DNA from: an uncultured Gemmatimonadales bacterium
Lineage (GTDB): Bacteria; Gemmatimonadota; Gemmatimonadetes; Gemmatimonadales; GWC2-71-9
Length of the DNA stretch: 64,000 bases
Assembly: GCA_963695555.1 (NCBI GenBank)
Contig: CAVOGR010000005.1
Span: forward strand, 1-64,000
Direction: 5' to 3'
Both the position numbers and the translations under genes were made by a program. Below are positions 17,745 through 26,792 of the stretch, piece by piece. The first letter of the stretch is position 1. Each line of letters begins with the position of its first letter. The notes under the pieces were generated by a model. The model worked only from the letters and a program-made list of their open reading frames with translations. It made no database searches and was not told the DNA's origin.

Positions 17745-19942
17745 CCACCGGCTTCGGCGCGCGCCTCACCAGCCTCCTCCTCGGAGGCGTTTTCTTCACC
17801 GCCCTGTCGGGGTGCGGGGTGGACAACGCCTGCGACTCGCTCACCGAGCCGCTCGTGGTAGCCGCGGTCGAGCTTTCGCCCGTGGCGATCACGCTGCGAG
17901 CCGGCCAAACGCATCAGTTTGCGGCCGTGGCCCTCACCAGCTGCGGCAACCCCGTGCCGGCGGCGGCGGTGACGTGGGCCAGCGCAGACCTGGCCGTGGC
18001 CGTTGTCACGCCAACGGGTTTGGCCACGGCGCTCGATACTGGCGTCACCACCATCACGGCCAGTTCGGAAGGGAAGTCGGCCGCCGCAACCCTGATGAGC
18101 ACGGTGGTACCGGTCGCGACCGTCACCGTGTTCCCGAACCCCGTACAACTCGAGCAAGGTGCCACGCTGGCGCTCACCGTGAGCGTGGCCGACTCCGCCG
18201 GCAACGCCATGTCGGGGCATCGGGTTCGTTGGGCCAGCAGCGACTCGACCGTGGCGACGGTCAATGACCGAGGCGAGGTGACCGGTCTCGCCGCAGGCGG
18301 TCCGGTGACGATCTCCGCCACGGTGGACACGGCGTCCGGCCGAGCCGACGTGACCGTGACCCGAGCTCCACCAGCTTCCCTAATGTTCGCGATGCAACCC
18401 GGTACGTCGACGGCCGGGGCACCGCTCAACCCCGCCGCGCAAGTCATTGTGGCCGACCGCTTCGGCATTCCAGTGGCCGGAGACGGCCGGGCGATTACGG
18501 TGGCGCTCGGTGCGGGCCCCGGCAGCTCGACGCTGGCAGGGACCGGGACCGTGGCGGCGGTCGATGGAGTCGCCACGTTCACCACGCTCATGCTGGAGAA
18601 GGCGGGCGCCGGCTACACCCTGGTCGCGAGCGCTCCCGGACTGACCTCGGTAACCAGCCAACCCTTTGCGGTCATCCCTGGCGCAGCTGCCGACATGCGC
18701 TTCTCCGTGCCACCCGCGGCGACGGAGGCCGGTGTGCCTATCGCCCCGGCGGTGGCGGTCGAGGTGCTCGATGCCTTCGGAAACACGGTGACTGACGATA
18801 CGGCCGGAGTGCAGATCGGGTTGGGCCAGAACCCCGGTGGCGCCACGTTGAGCGGAACGACAACGGTCCAGCCGCAGGGCGGCGAGGCCGCTTTCGGAGA
18901 CCTTACCCTGAACAAGGCCGGCTTGGGGTACACCCTGATTGCATCGCGCCCCGGCATTCCGTCGGTGAGCAGCGCACCCTTTGCGATACGACCGGGTCCG
19001 GCGGCGACCATGAGGTTCACGATTCAGCCGAGCGATGCCGAGGCCGGTGCAGCGATAGCACCTGGGATTGAAGTCACCCTGTTCGACGCGTTTGATAACA
19101 TCGTGACGACCGACGCATCGAGCATCAGTCTGTCGATTGCCGCGAATCCTACCGGCGGTTCGTTGAGCGGGGTACCGACGGCGACCGCAGCAAGTGGACT
19201 CGCCGTCTTTCCGAACGTGAGGCTGGAGCAGGCCGGTGCGGGGTACACCGTACGCGCCTCCCGAGCAGGCATTCCGGCTGTGACGAGCGCGCCGTTTACC
19301 ATTCGCCCCGGACCCGCGGCGGGCGTGGCCTTCGCGGTCGAGCCGGCCGACGCACCTGCCGGATCCAAGCTTGCGCCTGCCGTGCAGGTGGCGGTTGTCG
19401 ATGCCTTCGGCAACAGGGTCACGACGAGCTCCGCGAGCGTGAACATCACCGTGTCGAACAATCCCGGCGGCAGCAGCCTGAGCGGTGCCACAACGGCCGG
19501 CGCGGTGCAGGGGCTCGCCACATTCGCCGACCTGAGTCTCAATCGCACGGGTACAGGGTACACTCTTGGCGCGGCCGCGTCGGGCCTTGCCTCTGCGACG
19601 AGCCGAGGGTTCACCATTCTGCCCGGGCCTCCGGCTTCTCTCGTATTTCGCGTGCAGCCGAGTGAAACTCCTCCAAACCAACCGATCACCCCGCCGGTCG
19701 AAGTGAGCGTCCTCGATTCCCTGGGGAATGTGGTGACCACGACGACCATCCCCATCACGATCACCTTGGCCTTGAACCCGGGCTCGACCACCTTGAGCGG
19801 AACCAGGACGCGCAGCGCGGTCAACGGTGTCGCCGTGTTCGACGATCTGAGCCTGGATCAGATCGCAACCGGGTACCGTCTTTCCAGTGGCGCTCCGGGC
19901 CTCGCATCGGCCCTGAGCGCTTCGTTCGACATCAAGTTCTGA
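17741..19942 (+). CDS. Lipoprotein with 2 Big_2-like Ig domains and 5 ~103 aa Ig-like repeats
   Basis: Lipobox LSGC; WASAD..VA.V...G..TA motifs; repeats F..QP...AG..I.P.V.V...DAFGN...NP.G.TLSGT...F.DL.L.KAG.GYTL. Confidence 0.85.
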   Translation: MTTGFGARLTSLLLGGVFFTALSGCGVDNACDSLTEPLVVAAVELSPVAITLRAGQTHQFAAVALTSCGNPVPAAAVTWASADLAVAVVTPTGLATALDTGVTTITASSEGKSAAATLMSTVVPVATVTVFPNPVQLEQGATLALTVSVADSAGNAMSGHRVRWASSDSTVATVNDRGEVTGLAAGGPVTISATVDTASGRADVTVTRAPPASLMFAMQPGTSTAGAPLNPAAQVIVADRFGIPVAGDGRAITVALGAGPGSSTLAGTGTVAAVDGVATFTTLMLEKAGAGYTLVASAPGLTSVTSQPFAVIPGAAADMRFSVPPAATEAGVPIAPAVAVEVLDAFGNTVTDDTAGVQIGLGQNPGGATLSGTTTVQPQGGEAAFGDLTLNKAGLGYTLIASRPGIPSVSSAPFAIRPGPAATMRFTIQPSDAEAGAAIAPGIEVTLFDAFDNIVTTDASSISLSIAANPTGGSLSGVPTATAASGLAVFPNVRLEQAGAGYTVRASRAGIPAVTSAPFTIRPGPAAGVAFAVEPADAPAGSKLAPAVQVAVVDAFGNRVTTSSASVNITVSNNPGGSSLSGATTAGAVQGLATFADLSLNRTGTGYTLGAAASGLASATSRGFTILPGPPASLVFRVQPSETPPNQPITPPVEVSVLDSLGNVVTTTTIPITITLALNPGSTTLSGTRTRSAVNGVAVFDDLSLDQIATGYRLSSGAPGLASALSASFDIKF

Positions 19943-19998
19943 GCGGGGGCATTGGTCTTCTTGGGGCGCCGGCTGCCGCCCGCCCCGGGGGGTCGACC

Positions 19999-20027
19999 TT
20001 GCCGGCGATTTCCCCACGGATTAGAAT
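19999..20027 (+). promoter_or_regulatory. sigma70 promoter of tRNA-Val
   Basis: TTGCCG-17 bp-TAGAAT. Confidence 0.6.
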
Positions 20028-20051
20028 CCCGCTCCCACCGAGGACAACGCC

Positions 20052-20125
20052 GGGCGATTAGCTCAGCTGGTTAGAGCGCGCGCCTCACATGCGCGAGGCC
20101 GGGGGTTCGAGTCCCTCATCGCCCA
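20052..20125 (+). tRNA. tRNA-Val (CAC)
   Basis: GGGCGAT..ATCGCCC-A acceptor stem, anticodon arm CGCGC-CTCACAT-GCGCG, GGTTCGAGTCC T-arm. Confidence 0.95.
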
Positions 20126-20289
20126 TATCGAACGGGGAGTCTGGGCCAGCCCGACTCCACCGTTTCTTCTTTCTTGCCTGCCTCTTGCCCTCGTGTTCTG
20201 GGGGCGGTACCATCTCCCTAGTAGACGCCCGCGCCGCCGACAGTGAGAGCTTGTCTCGCGCCGGCCGCGGGCCTTCTGTGAAGGGCCGC

Positions 20290-22452
20290 ATGTCGTTCCG
20301 AAGCATCTTCCCGGCCGCAGTCGCCGTGGCACTGATCACAGCGTGTGGTGGTGATCCATGTGGGTCGCTCACCGAGCCGCTCGTCGTTGCCTCCCTCCAG
20401 ATCGCCCCCACCCGGTTGGATCTCCGGGTCGGTCAGAGTCGCCAACTGAACGGGGCGGCGCTCACCCAGTGCAACCGGGCCATCGCAGACGCCCCCATCG
20501 TCTGGGAGAGCGGCGATCCATCGGTTGCCTCGGTGTCTCCGTCCGGCATGGTGACGGCACTCAAGGTTGGAAGCACCACCATTCGGGCAACCTCCGAGGG
20601 AAAATCAGCCTTGGCGTCGGTGTTGGTCTCCGTGGTGCCCATCGCCGAAGTCGACATTGCCCCTGGCTCGGTGAGCCTGTGGCAAGGCTACGATGTGCAA
20701 CTCACAGTCCAAGTGACCGACTCGGCGGGGAACGTCCTCCCGGGCCACGCGGTCTCATGGAGTAGCAGCGCCCCGAACATCGCTTCGGTCGATGGAACCG
20801 GCTTGGTCACCGGGCTCGCTGTCGGTGGACCCGTTACCATCTCCGCAACGGCAGGGGCGGCGGTGGGAACGACGGCCGTGACCGTGGTCCGCCCGCCCGC
20901 CACGGGCCTGGTCTTTTCCGTCCAACCCACGGATGTCGCGGCGGGAGTCTCTATCGCCCCTGCCGTGCAGGTCACGGTCGTCGACTCGCTCGGCAACCGA
21001 ATACGCGGCGACACGACGACCGTATCGCTTTCCCTCGGTGCGAACCCGGGTGGGAGTACGCTGGGCGGGTCGACGGCGGTTGCGGCCGTGGACGGCATCG
21101 CCACGTTCTCGGGGGTCACGCTCAATAAAGTCGGCACCGGCTACACGCTCGGGGCCTCGGCTCAGGGCGTCGCCACCACCAGCGCCTCCTTCGCCGTGTC
21201 GCATGGTGTAGCCGTGGGCTTCGCGTTCGTCCTGCAACCCGTCTCCACCCAGGCCGGGGCGTTGATCACCACCGGGGTGCGCGTGGTGGATGCCTTCGGC
21301 AATACGGTCACCGCCTCGAACGATGCGATCGACATCTGGATTGGCACCAACCCGAACGGCGGGACATTGAGCGGGACGACGACCGTCGCGGCCGTTCAAG
21401 GCGTCGCCGCCTTCGCCGATCTCAGCATCGACAACGTGGGCAGCGGCTATACCCTCGAGGCGGGTAGCGCCGGGAGAACGCCGGCCGCGAGCAACCCCTT
21501 CGACATCACCGCCTCGGCACCAACCGCATTGATGTATACCGTGCAGCCCACTCGCGTCACGGCCGGCGTGCCCATGATTCCGGACGTGGAAGTCACCGTT
21601 GCGGATTCTCTGGGTAACAGGATTCCGGGCGATACGCGGACGGTCACGGTCGCGCTCGGTACCAACCCCGGCGGGAGCACGCTCGGCGGAACCACCGTGG
21701 TCAACGCGGTAGACGGTGTCGCGCGTTTCCCGGGTCTCACGCTCGACAAGGTTGGGACCGGCTACACCCTGCTGGCTTCGGCAGCCGGAGTTGCCGGAGC
21801 AGGCAGTGCCCCCTTTGATGTGTCGCCAAACGTCGCGGTGGGGTTCGACTTTGCCGTGGAGCCTGCTTCCACCCAAGCCGGGGCCTTGATCACCCCGGCG
21901 GTACGCGTGGTGGATATTTTCGGCAACACGGTTACCACAGCGAACGACGCGATCGATATCTCGATCGGTATTAACCCAGGTGGGGGAACGCTGAGCGGGA
22001 CGACGACGGTGACGGCCGTTCAAGGGGTCGCGGTATTTTCCGACCTGAGCATCGACAAGGTGGGTGCCGGCTATACGCTCGACGCGACTAGTGGCGGGCG
22101 GACGCCGGCCATCAGCAATCCGTTCGACATCACCCCTGCCGCACCGGCACGGCTGGCGTTCTTCGTTCAGCCGTCGACGACGGACCATGGCAAGTCGATC
22201 AAGCCGCCTGTCGAAGTCGGTGTGGTTGATTCATGGGGCAATCTGGTCGACACCTCGACGGCGGCAATCACCATGAGCATCGCGGTCAATCCCGGCGGGG
22301 GTGTCTTGAGCGGAACGACCACGCGTTCCGCGGTGAATGGCGTGGCGGTGTTCGACGATCTCAGCATCGATCAGAATGGCCGCGACTACGTGTTGTCAGC
22401 TGACGCCCTAGGGCTCACCGGGGCATTGAGCGACTTCTTCCGTATCAAGTAG
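20290..22452 (+). CDS. Paralogous lipoprotein with 2 Big_2-like domains and 5 Ig-like repeats
   Basis: ATG 20290 gives a signal peptide with lipobox ITAC; same architecture as 17741-19942. Confidence 0.85.
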   Translation: MSFRSIFPAAVAVALITACGGDPCGSLTEPLVVASLQIAPTRLDLRVGQSRQLNGAALTQCNRAIADAPIVWESGDPSVASVSPSGMVTALKVGSTTIRATSEGKSALASVLVSVVPIAEVDIAPGSVSLWQGYDVQLTVQVTDSAGNVLPGHAVSWSSSAPNIASVDGTGLVTGLAVGGPVTISATAGAAVGTTAVTVVRPPATGLVFSVQPTDVAAGVSIAPAVQVTVVDSLGNRIRGDTTTVSLSLGANPGGSTLGGSTAVAAVDGIATFSGVTLNKVGTGYTLGASAQGVATTSASFAVSHGVAVGFAFVLQPVSTQAGALITTGVRVVDAFGNTVTASNDAIDIWIGTNPNGGTLSGTTTVAAVQGVAAFADLSIDNVGSGYTLEAGSAGRTPAASNPFDITASAPTALMYTVQPTRVTAGVPMIPDVEVTVADSLGNRIPGDTRTVTVALGTNPGGSTLGGTTVVNAVDGVARFPGLTLDKVGTGYTLLASAAGVAGAGSAPFDVSPNVAVGFDFAVEPASTQAGALITPAVRVVDIFGNTVTTANDAIDISIGINPGGGTLSGTTTVTAVQGVAVFSDLSIDKVGAGYTLDATSGGRTPAISNPFDITPAAPARLAFFVQPSTTDHGKSIKPPVEVGVVDSWGNLVDTSTAAITMSIAVNPGGGVLSGTTTRSAVNGVAVFDDLSIDQNGRDYVLSADALGLTGALSDFFRIK

Positions 22453-22470
22453 CGCGGAAGGTTCCCCAGC

Positions 22471-23514
22471 TCAAATGAGGCCTTTGCGCCGCAACATCCC
22501 GATGCGGTCGAACATGGCTTCGTGAGACGCCGCGACTTCCTCAGGCGTCACCGTCGCGACCCCGACCTTGCCGACTTCCACCCCCGCCGCATGGGTTGCC
22601 AGCTGCGCCGCCTCCCGCACGCTGGCGCCGGCGGCCAACGCGGTTCCCACCCAGGCCGTAACGGTATCGCCCGCCCCTGATACGTCGTAGACCTCACGGG
22701 CAATGCTCGGGATGTGGGTGATCGCGCCGTCTCGCGTCACCAGGATCATGCCGTCGGAGCCGAGGGTGAGCAGGAGATTGTCCACCTGCAGGCGGCTCAG
22801 AGCTTCGGGCAGCGCCTCGCGGTGATCGAGATCTACCGCCGCCCCGAGCGCCGATTCGAGCTCGCGCCGATTGGGCTTGAAGACCGTGGCGCCTATGTAC
22901 GAAAAGAACTGACGGAACTTGGGATCCACCACTACCGGTATACCCCGTTGGCGTGCCATGGCTAAGGTCGAGGTGATGAGCTCGGGCGTCAGCACCCCTT
23001 TGTTATAGTCCTCGACGAGCAATGCGTCGGCTTCTGCCATCGCCTCGGCGAGCAGTGCGGCCAATCGTTCCTGCTCAGCGGGGTCGAGATGGCTTTCCAC
23101 CTCCTCATCGATTCGGACGATCTGCTGGTTGCGCGCCAGGACCCGCGTCTTCGACGTGGTCGTCCGACCTGCCACTTCGAGTATGAAGCGATCGCTCATC
23201 CGCTTCATCACCATCTCCTGCCGGAGGCTGCGGCCGTCGGCGTCGTCTCCAATGGCTCCAACCAAGAGACACGTGGCGCCAATGGCTCCGACATTTGCGG
23301 CGACGTTGGCGGCCCCTCCGAGCGCCCCGCGCCGCTCGGACACCTTGAGCACGGGAACGGGCGCTTCCGGAGACAACCGCTCCGCATCGCCAATTAGGTA
23401 TCGATCGAGAATGATGTCGCCCAGTACCACGATGGTGCTCGACCGCATGCGGGAGAGCAGTGCTAACACCCGTTCGCGTCGGAGTGGGGGCAGAGAGGCG
23501 GAAAACGGAATCAC
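22471..23514 (-). CDS. rfaE1: D-glycero-beta-D-manno-heptose-7-phosphate kinase (HldE kinase domain)
   Basis: GDIILDRY..G..ERLSPEAPVPV, GGAANVA, DYNKG, DVSGAGDT. Confidence 0.92.
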   Translation of the reverse strand: MIPFSASLPPLRRERVLALLSRMRSSTIVVLGDIILDRYLIGDAERLSPEAPVPVLKVSERRGALGGAANVAANVGAIGATCLLVGAIGDDADGRSLRQEMVMKRMSDRFILEVAGRTTTSKTRVLARNQQIVRIDEEVESHLDPAEQERLAALLAEAMAEADALLVEDYNKGVLTPELITSTLAMARQRGIPVVVDPKFRQFFSYIGATVFKPNRRELESALGAAVDLDHREALPEALSRLQVDNLLLTLGSDGMILVTRDGAITHIPSIAREVYDVSGAGDTVTAWVGTALAAGASVREAAQLATHAAGVEVGKVGVATVTPEEVAASHEAMFDRIGMLRRKGLI

Positions 23515-25025
23515 CTGAGCGCCCCGCCGCGCGTAACGCCAATCGTGATCTGCACGTGGCCCTCCACTTCGGTCTTGGTGCGGCCCTCGACGTGCCCCGC
23601 GTCCCGCAGGTGGTGGAGACCGATGTTGGCCGACACGCTGAGCGGTCCCTGCCGGCCATTCACCCCGAGGGCGGCGCGGAAGGTTTTCTCGACGACGCCG
23701 ATGAAAATCTGGGGCGTCGCTCCTCGTGCCGACCCGGTGGGGTAGGGATCCGACAGCCTGCCCTCGCCCTGCCTGAGAACGGTCAGCTCCGGTGTCAGGA
23801 GCCAGGTCGCTGTCGCCGGCACGGAGACCGTCAGGGTGAGTTGGTCGTTGTCCGCGTAGCTCCGGCCCAATCCGACCCCGGCGTCGGTAAAGTTCTCAGC
23901 CGGGTCGAAGGCCCGGAAGGCCAAGCTCGAGGCCTGGGTATAGAGGGCACGCCATGACGCCCGCCGACCCAGAGCGCCGCTCAGAGCGAGCGTGAGTGCC
24001 CATCGATCTGGGTTTCGGTCAGGCGCGCTCCGGTCCTGGTAGCTGACGTCATCGAGAGCCAACTGTCCCTGGATTCTCGTGTGGCGTCCGACCTGCCATT
24101 CGGCGTCGAGTCCGATGAGGATGTTGCCGTCGTCGCCCAGACCATACTCGTTGGCGAGCAGCAGGAGGCTCACCGGATTGCGGTAGCGGCTGTCGAAGTT
24201 CCGATCCGGACCTGCCAGCACGGTGGTCTCCCAGAGCCCCAGTGACAGGCGCTTGGATACCTGGACGTGGAGACGATGGGCAAAGAAATAGCGGTGAATG
24301 ACGCTGCCGTCTGCCGCGGTTTCGTCCAAGAGATCGGCGGCGAGCGCCCGAAGCCCGAGCGATGGCCGGCCGAGCTCGAACCCCACGGTGAGTCGGGGGT
24401 AGCCGTAGTTGCCCAGCCCGATTCCTGGCACGCCCACCGGTCCCCAGTTCATGTCCATCTGGCCGTAGAACAGCCGCACCCACTTGAACTGTGCGCTGAT
24501 GTAGGCGTCCGCGTGACGACCGGTCACATCGAGATTACGTCGACCCGGCCACGCTGGGTCGTCGGTGAGCCGCGGTTCGAGGGTGGGCCGGGCAACAGCC
24601 ACCACGTTGCCGAACACCCCGGTGAGTCCCAAATCGACATACGGACGAACGCCGTCCGGCCCGCCTGGATGAAGTGGGTCGCGACGCGCGTTGGTGTAGG
24701 CCTGCGCGCCGAGGTTGGCGTCGAGCCGCCAGCGCGCGGTGTTCGAATCGTCGACAAAGGCCGAGAGTAAGGTGCCCAGGGTCGGATCCGCGTCTTCGCC
24801 GTTTTCGCCGATGGCCGCGCGGAGCGCTTCGACGGCGTCGATTCTCCGAAACGGTCGCACCAGGGGAGACGGGTCCCGGATATCCCCACGGGCAATCAGG
24901 TGCTCGAGGAGCGGAAGCAAGGGGTCGTCCAGCGGGATGTACGGCGAGGCCTGGGCACTGGAGGCGGTCGGCCGGGCCGCGAGAATACACAATGCGAACA
25001 CGGCCGGCGCCAAGAGATATCGCAT
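23511..25025 (-). CDS. Outer-membrane protein, capsule assembly Wzi-like
   Basis: Signal peptide from ATG 25025, YIPLDD..LE.L...G.I, WGP, FAHRL, ETTVL, GQLALDD. Confidence 0.6.
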   Translation of the reverse strand: MRYLLAPAVFALCILAARPTASSAQASPYIPLDDPLLPLLEHLIARGDIRDPSPLVRPFRRIDAVEALRAAIGENGEDADPTLGTLLSAFVDDSNTARWRLDANLGAQAYTNARRDPLHPGGPDGVRPYVDLGLTGVFGNVVAVARPTLEPRLTDDPAWPGRRNLDVTGRHADAYISAQFKWVRLFYGQMDMNWGPVGVPGIGLGNYGYPRLTVGFELGRPSLGLRALAADLLDETAADGSVIHRYFFAHRLHVQVSKRLSLGLWETTVLAGPDRNFDSRYRNPVSLLLLANEYGLGDDGNILIGLDAEWQVGRHTRIQGQLALDDVSYQDRSAPDRNPDRWALTLALSGALGRRASWRALYTQASSLAFRAFDPAENFTDAGVGLGRSYADNDQLTLTVSVPATATWLLTPELTVLRQGEGRLSDPYPTGSARGATPQIFIGVVEKTFRAALGVNGRQGPLSVSANIGLHHLRDAGHVEGRTKTEVEGHVQITIGVTRGGALR

Positions 25026-25092
25026 GGGGGAGAAAGCTAACTCGTGGGGAATGCGGGGCAAACGGACCACCCGCTTATCTTTGGACCCGATC

Positions 25093-26103
25093 ATGACCCT
25101 GCTCCACGTGGTATCCACCAGGGGTGGCCTCGTCGAATCGAGTCACCGGGTGTCGGCCGCCGTGGTCCGGGCGGACGGCTCCCGTCTGGCCCAGGCCGGC
25201 AACCCGGACCTGGTCACCTGTTGGCGGTCGGCAGCCAAACCCTTTCAGACGATGCCCCTCGTCGCGGACGGGGCGGCCGATCGTTGGCACCTGTCGACCG
25301 AAGAGTTGGCGTTGGTGTGCGGGTCTCATTCGAGTGAAGCCGAGCACCTTCGAGTCGTGGACGGACTGTTGCAGAAGATCGGCTGTCAGGAGAGCGACTT
25401 GGCGTGCGGCGGTCATGCCCCGTTGTCCGCGTTCGGAGCCCAGCACCTGGCCAGCCTAGGCATCGCGCCGACCGCCCGGTGGAGCAACTGCTCGGGCAAG
25501 CATGCCGGGATGCTCGCCCTGGCTCGGCATCATGGTTGGCCGCATGCCGGCTACCAACAGGGCGAACATCCGGTGCAACAGCGCATTGCCCAGGAGATCG
25601 CTCGGTGGGCCGGTATGGGGCACGAAGAGATGGGCCGGGCCGTGGACGGATGCGGCGTCCAAACATTCGCACTGCCGCTCCATGCGATGGCAACCGCCTA
25701 CGCTCGATTCGGTGTCTCGACCGAGGTGGCAGCGACGCGCCTGCGCGAGGCCATGATCCAGTGCCCATTCATGGTTGCCGGTACGGGGCGTCTCTGTACG
25801 GATCTCATAGAGGCAGCAGCGGGAGGCATCATCGCCAAGGTCGGGGCGGAAGGCGTGTACAGCGCCTCGCTACCGCTCGACGGAATCGGAATTGCGCTCA
25901 AGGTCGAAGACGGCGACATGCGGAGCGCCGGCCCGGCCTTGCTTGGGCTTCTGGCCGCCTTGGCTACCCACGACGGGCTAGAGACCCCGCTCGAAGACCC
26001 CCTTCGAGCCGTTGAGAGCCAGCGCACGGTGCCGATTCGAAACACACTCGGTGAACTCACCGGGGCGCTCGAGCCCGTCGGTGGTTTGCGCTTTTTGACC
26101 TAG
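25093..26103 (+). CDS. L-asparaginase II family (Rhizobium type) protein
   Basis: RGGLVESSH, RSAAKPFQ, NCSGKHAGML, DGCG, AKVGAEG, KVEDG. Confidence 0.9.
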   Translation: MTLLHVVSTRGGLVESSHRVSAAVVRADGSRLAQAGNPDLVTCWRSAAKPFQTMPLVADGAADRWHLSTEELALVCGSHSSEAEHLRVVDGLLQKIGCQESDLACGGHAPLSAFGAQHLASLGIAPTARWSNCSGKHAGMLALARHHGWPHAGYQQGEHPVQQRIAQEIARWAGMGHEEMGRAVDGCGVQTFALPLHAMATAYARFGVSTEVAATRLREAMIQCPFMVAGTGRLCTDLIEAAAGGIIAKVGAEGVYSASLPLDGIGIALKVEDGDMRSAGPALLGLLAALATHDGLETPLEDPLRAVESQRTVPIRNTLGELTGALEPVGGLRFLT

Positions 26104-26150
26104 GGGGACGGTGCGTCGGTTAGCCGGTCCCGATTCTATGAGGTAGGCTG

Positions 26151-26792
26151 ATGGCGAAGAAAGCCGCACTCGACGCTGAGACCCTGAGCCTCGTCCACCT
26201 GGCCGCGGCCGTGGCTCAGGGGTATGAGCCGGACCTGCGAGAGCGGGTCAGCCATGCCTTCGTATCCAAGGTTCCGGTCGAGTGGGTGTTCGAGATGTTG
26301 CTGCAGTCGGTGTTGATGGTGGGATATCCTCGGGCGCTGGTGGGGTTCAGCGTGTGGCAAGCCGTCACGAGCGCCACCGGTCCGGCAACCGACACGGACG
26401 CGACCTACGACAATGTTGCCGAATGGACTCGGCGTGGAGCCGCATTGTGTGAGCAGGTGTACGGTGAGAATTACGCCAAACTGCGCGCCAATGTCCGGCG
26501 CCTCCACCCGGCCCTCGATGGGTGGATGGTTACCGAAGGGTACGGGCGGACCATGGCTCGCCCGGGGCTCGATCTGTTGCGGCGCGAGTTGTGCATCATT
26601 GCGCAAACCGCCGTGCTGGAAACGCCGCGGCAGTTGCACTCGCATCTGCGCGGTGCGCTCAATGCGGGCGCCACTCACGCGCAGGTCGAGGCGGTGTTGT
26701 CCGTGGTCAACCCACTGCTTGCGCTCGACCAATGGACGGCCGTGAAGCATGTCTGGCGGCGGGTCCGAGAGGGCACGGAGATCAGCGAATGA
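26151..26792 (+). CDS. Carboxymuconolactone decarboxylase (CMD) family protein
   Basis: YG...[11 protein letters not shown]...QLHSHLRGALNAG. Confidence 0.8.
   Translation: MAKKAALDAETLSLVHLAAAVAQGYEPDLRERVSHAFVSKVPVEWVFEMLLQSVLMVGYPRALVGFSVWQAVTSATGPATDTDATYDNVAEWTRRGAALCEQVYGENYAKLRANVRRLHPALDGWMVTEGYGRTMARPGLDLLRRELCIIAQTAVLETPRQLHSHLRGALNAGATHAQVEAVLSVVNPLLALDQWTAVKHVWRRVREGTEISE

Noticed and set aside
20089..20289. N-terminal extension of the 787-aa ORF
   Set aside because: Overlaps tRNA-Val; ATG 20290 gives a proper lipoprotein signal peptide
20052..22470. Island integrated at tRNA-Val
   Set aside because: No duplicated tRNA-Val 3' end or integrase seen downstream
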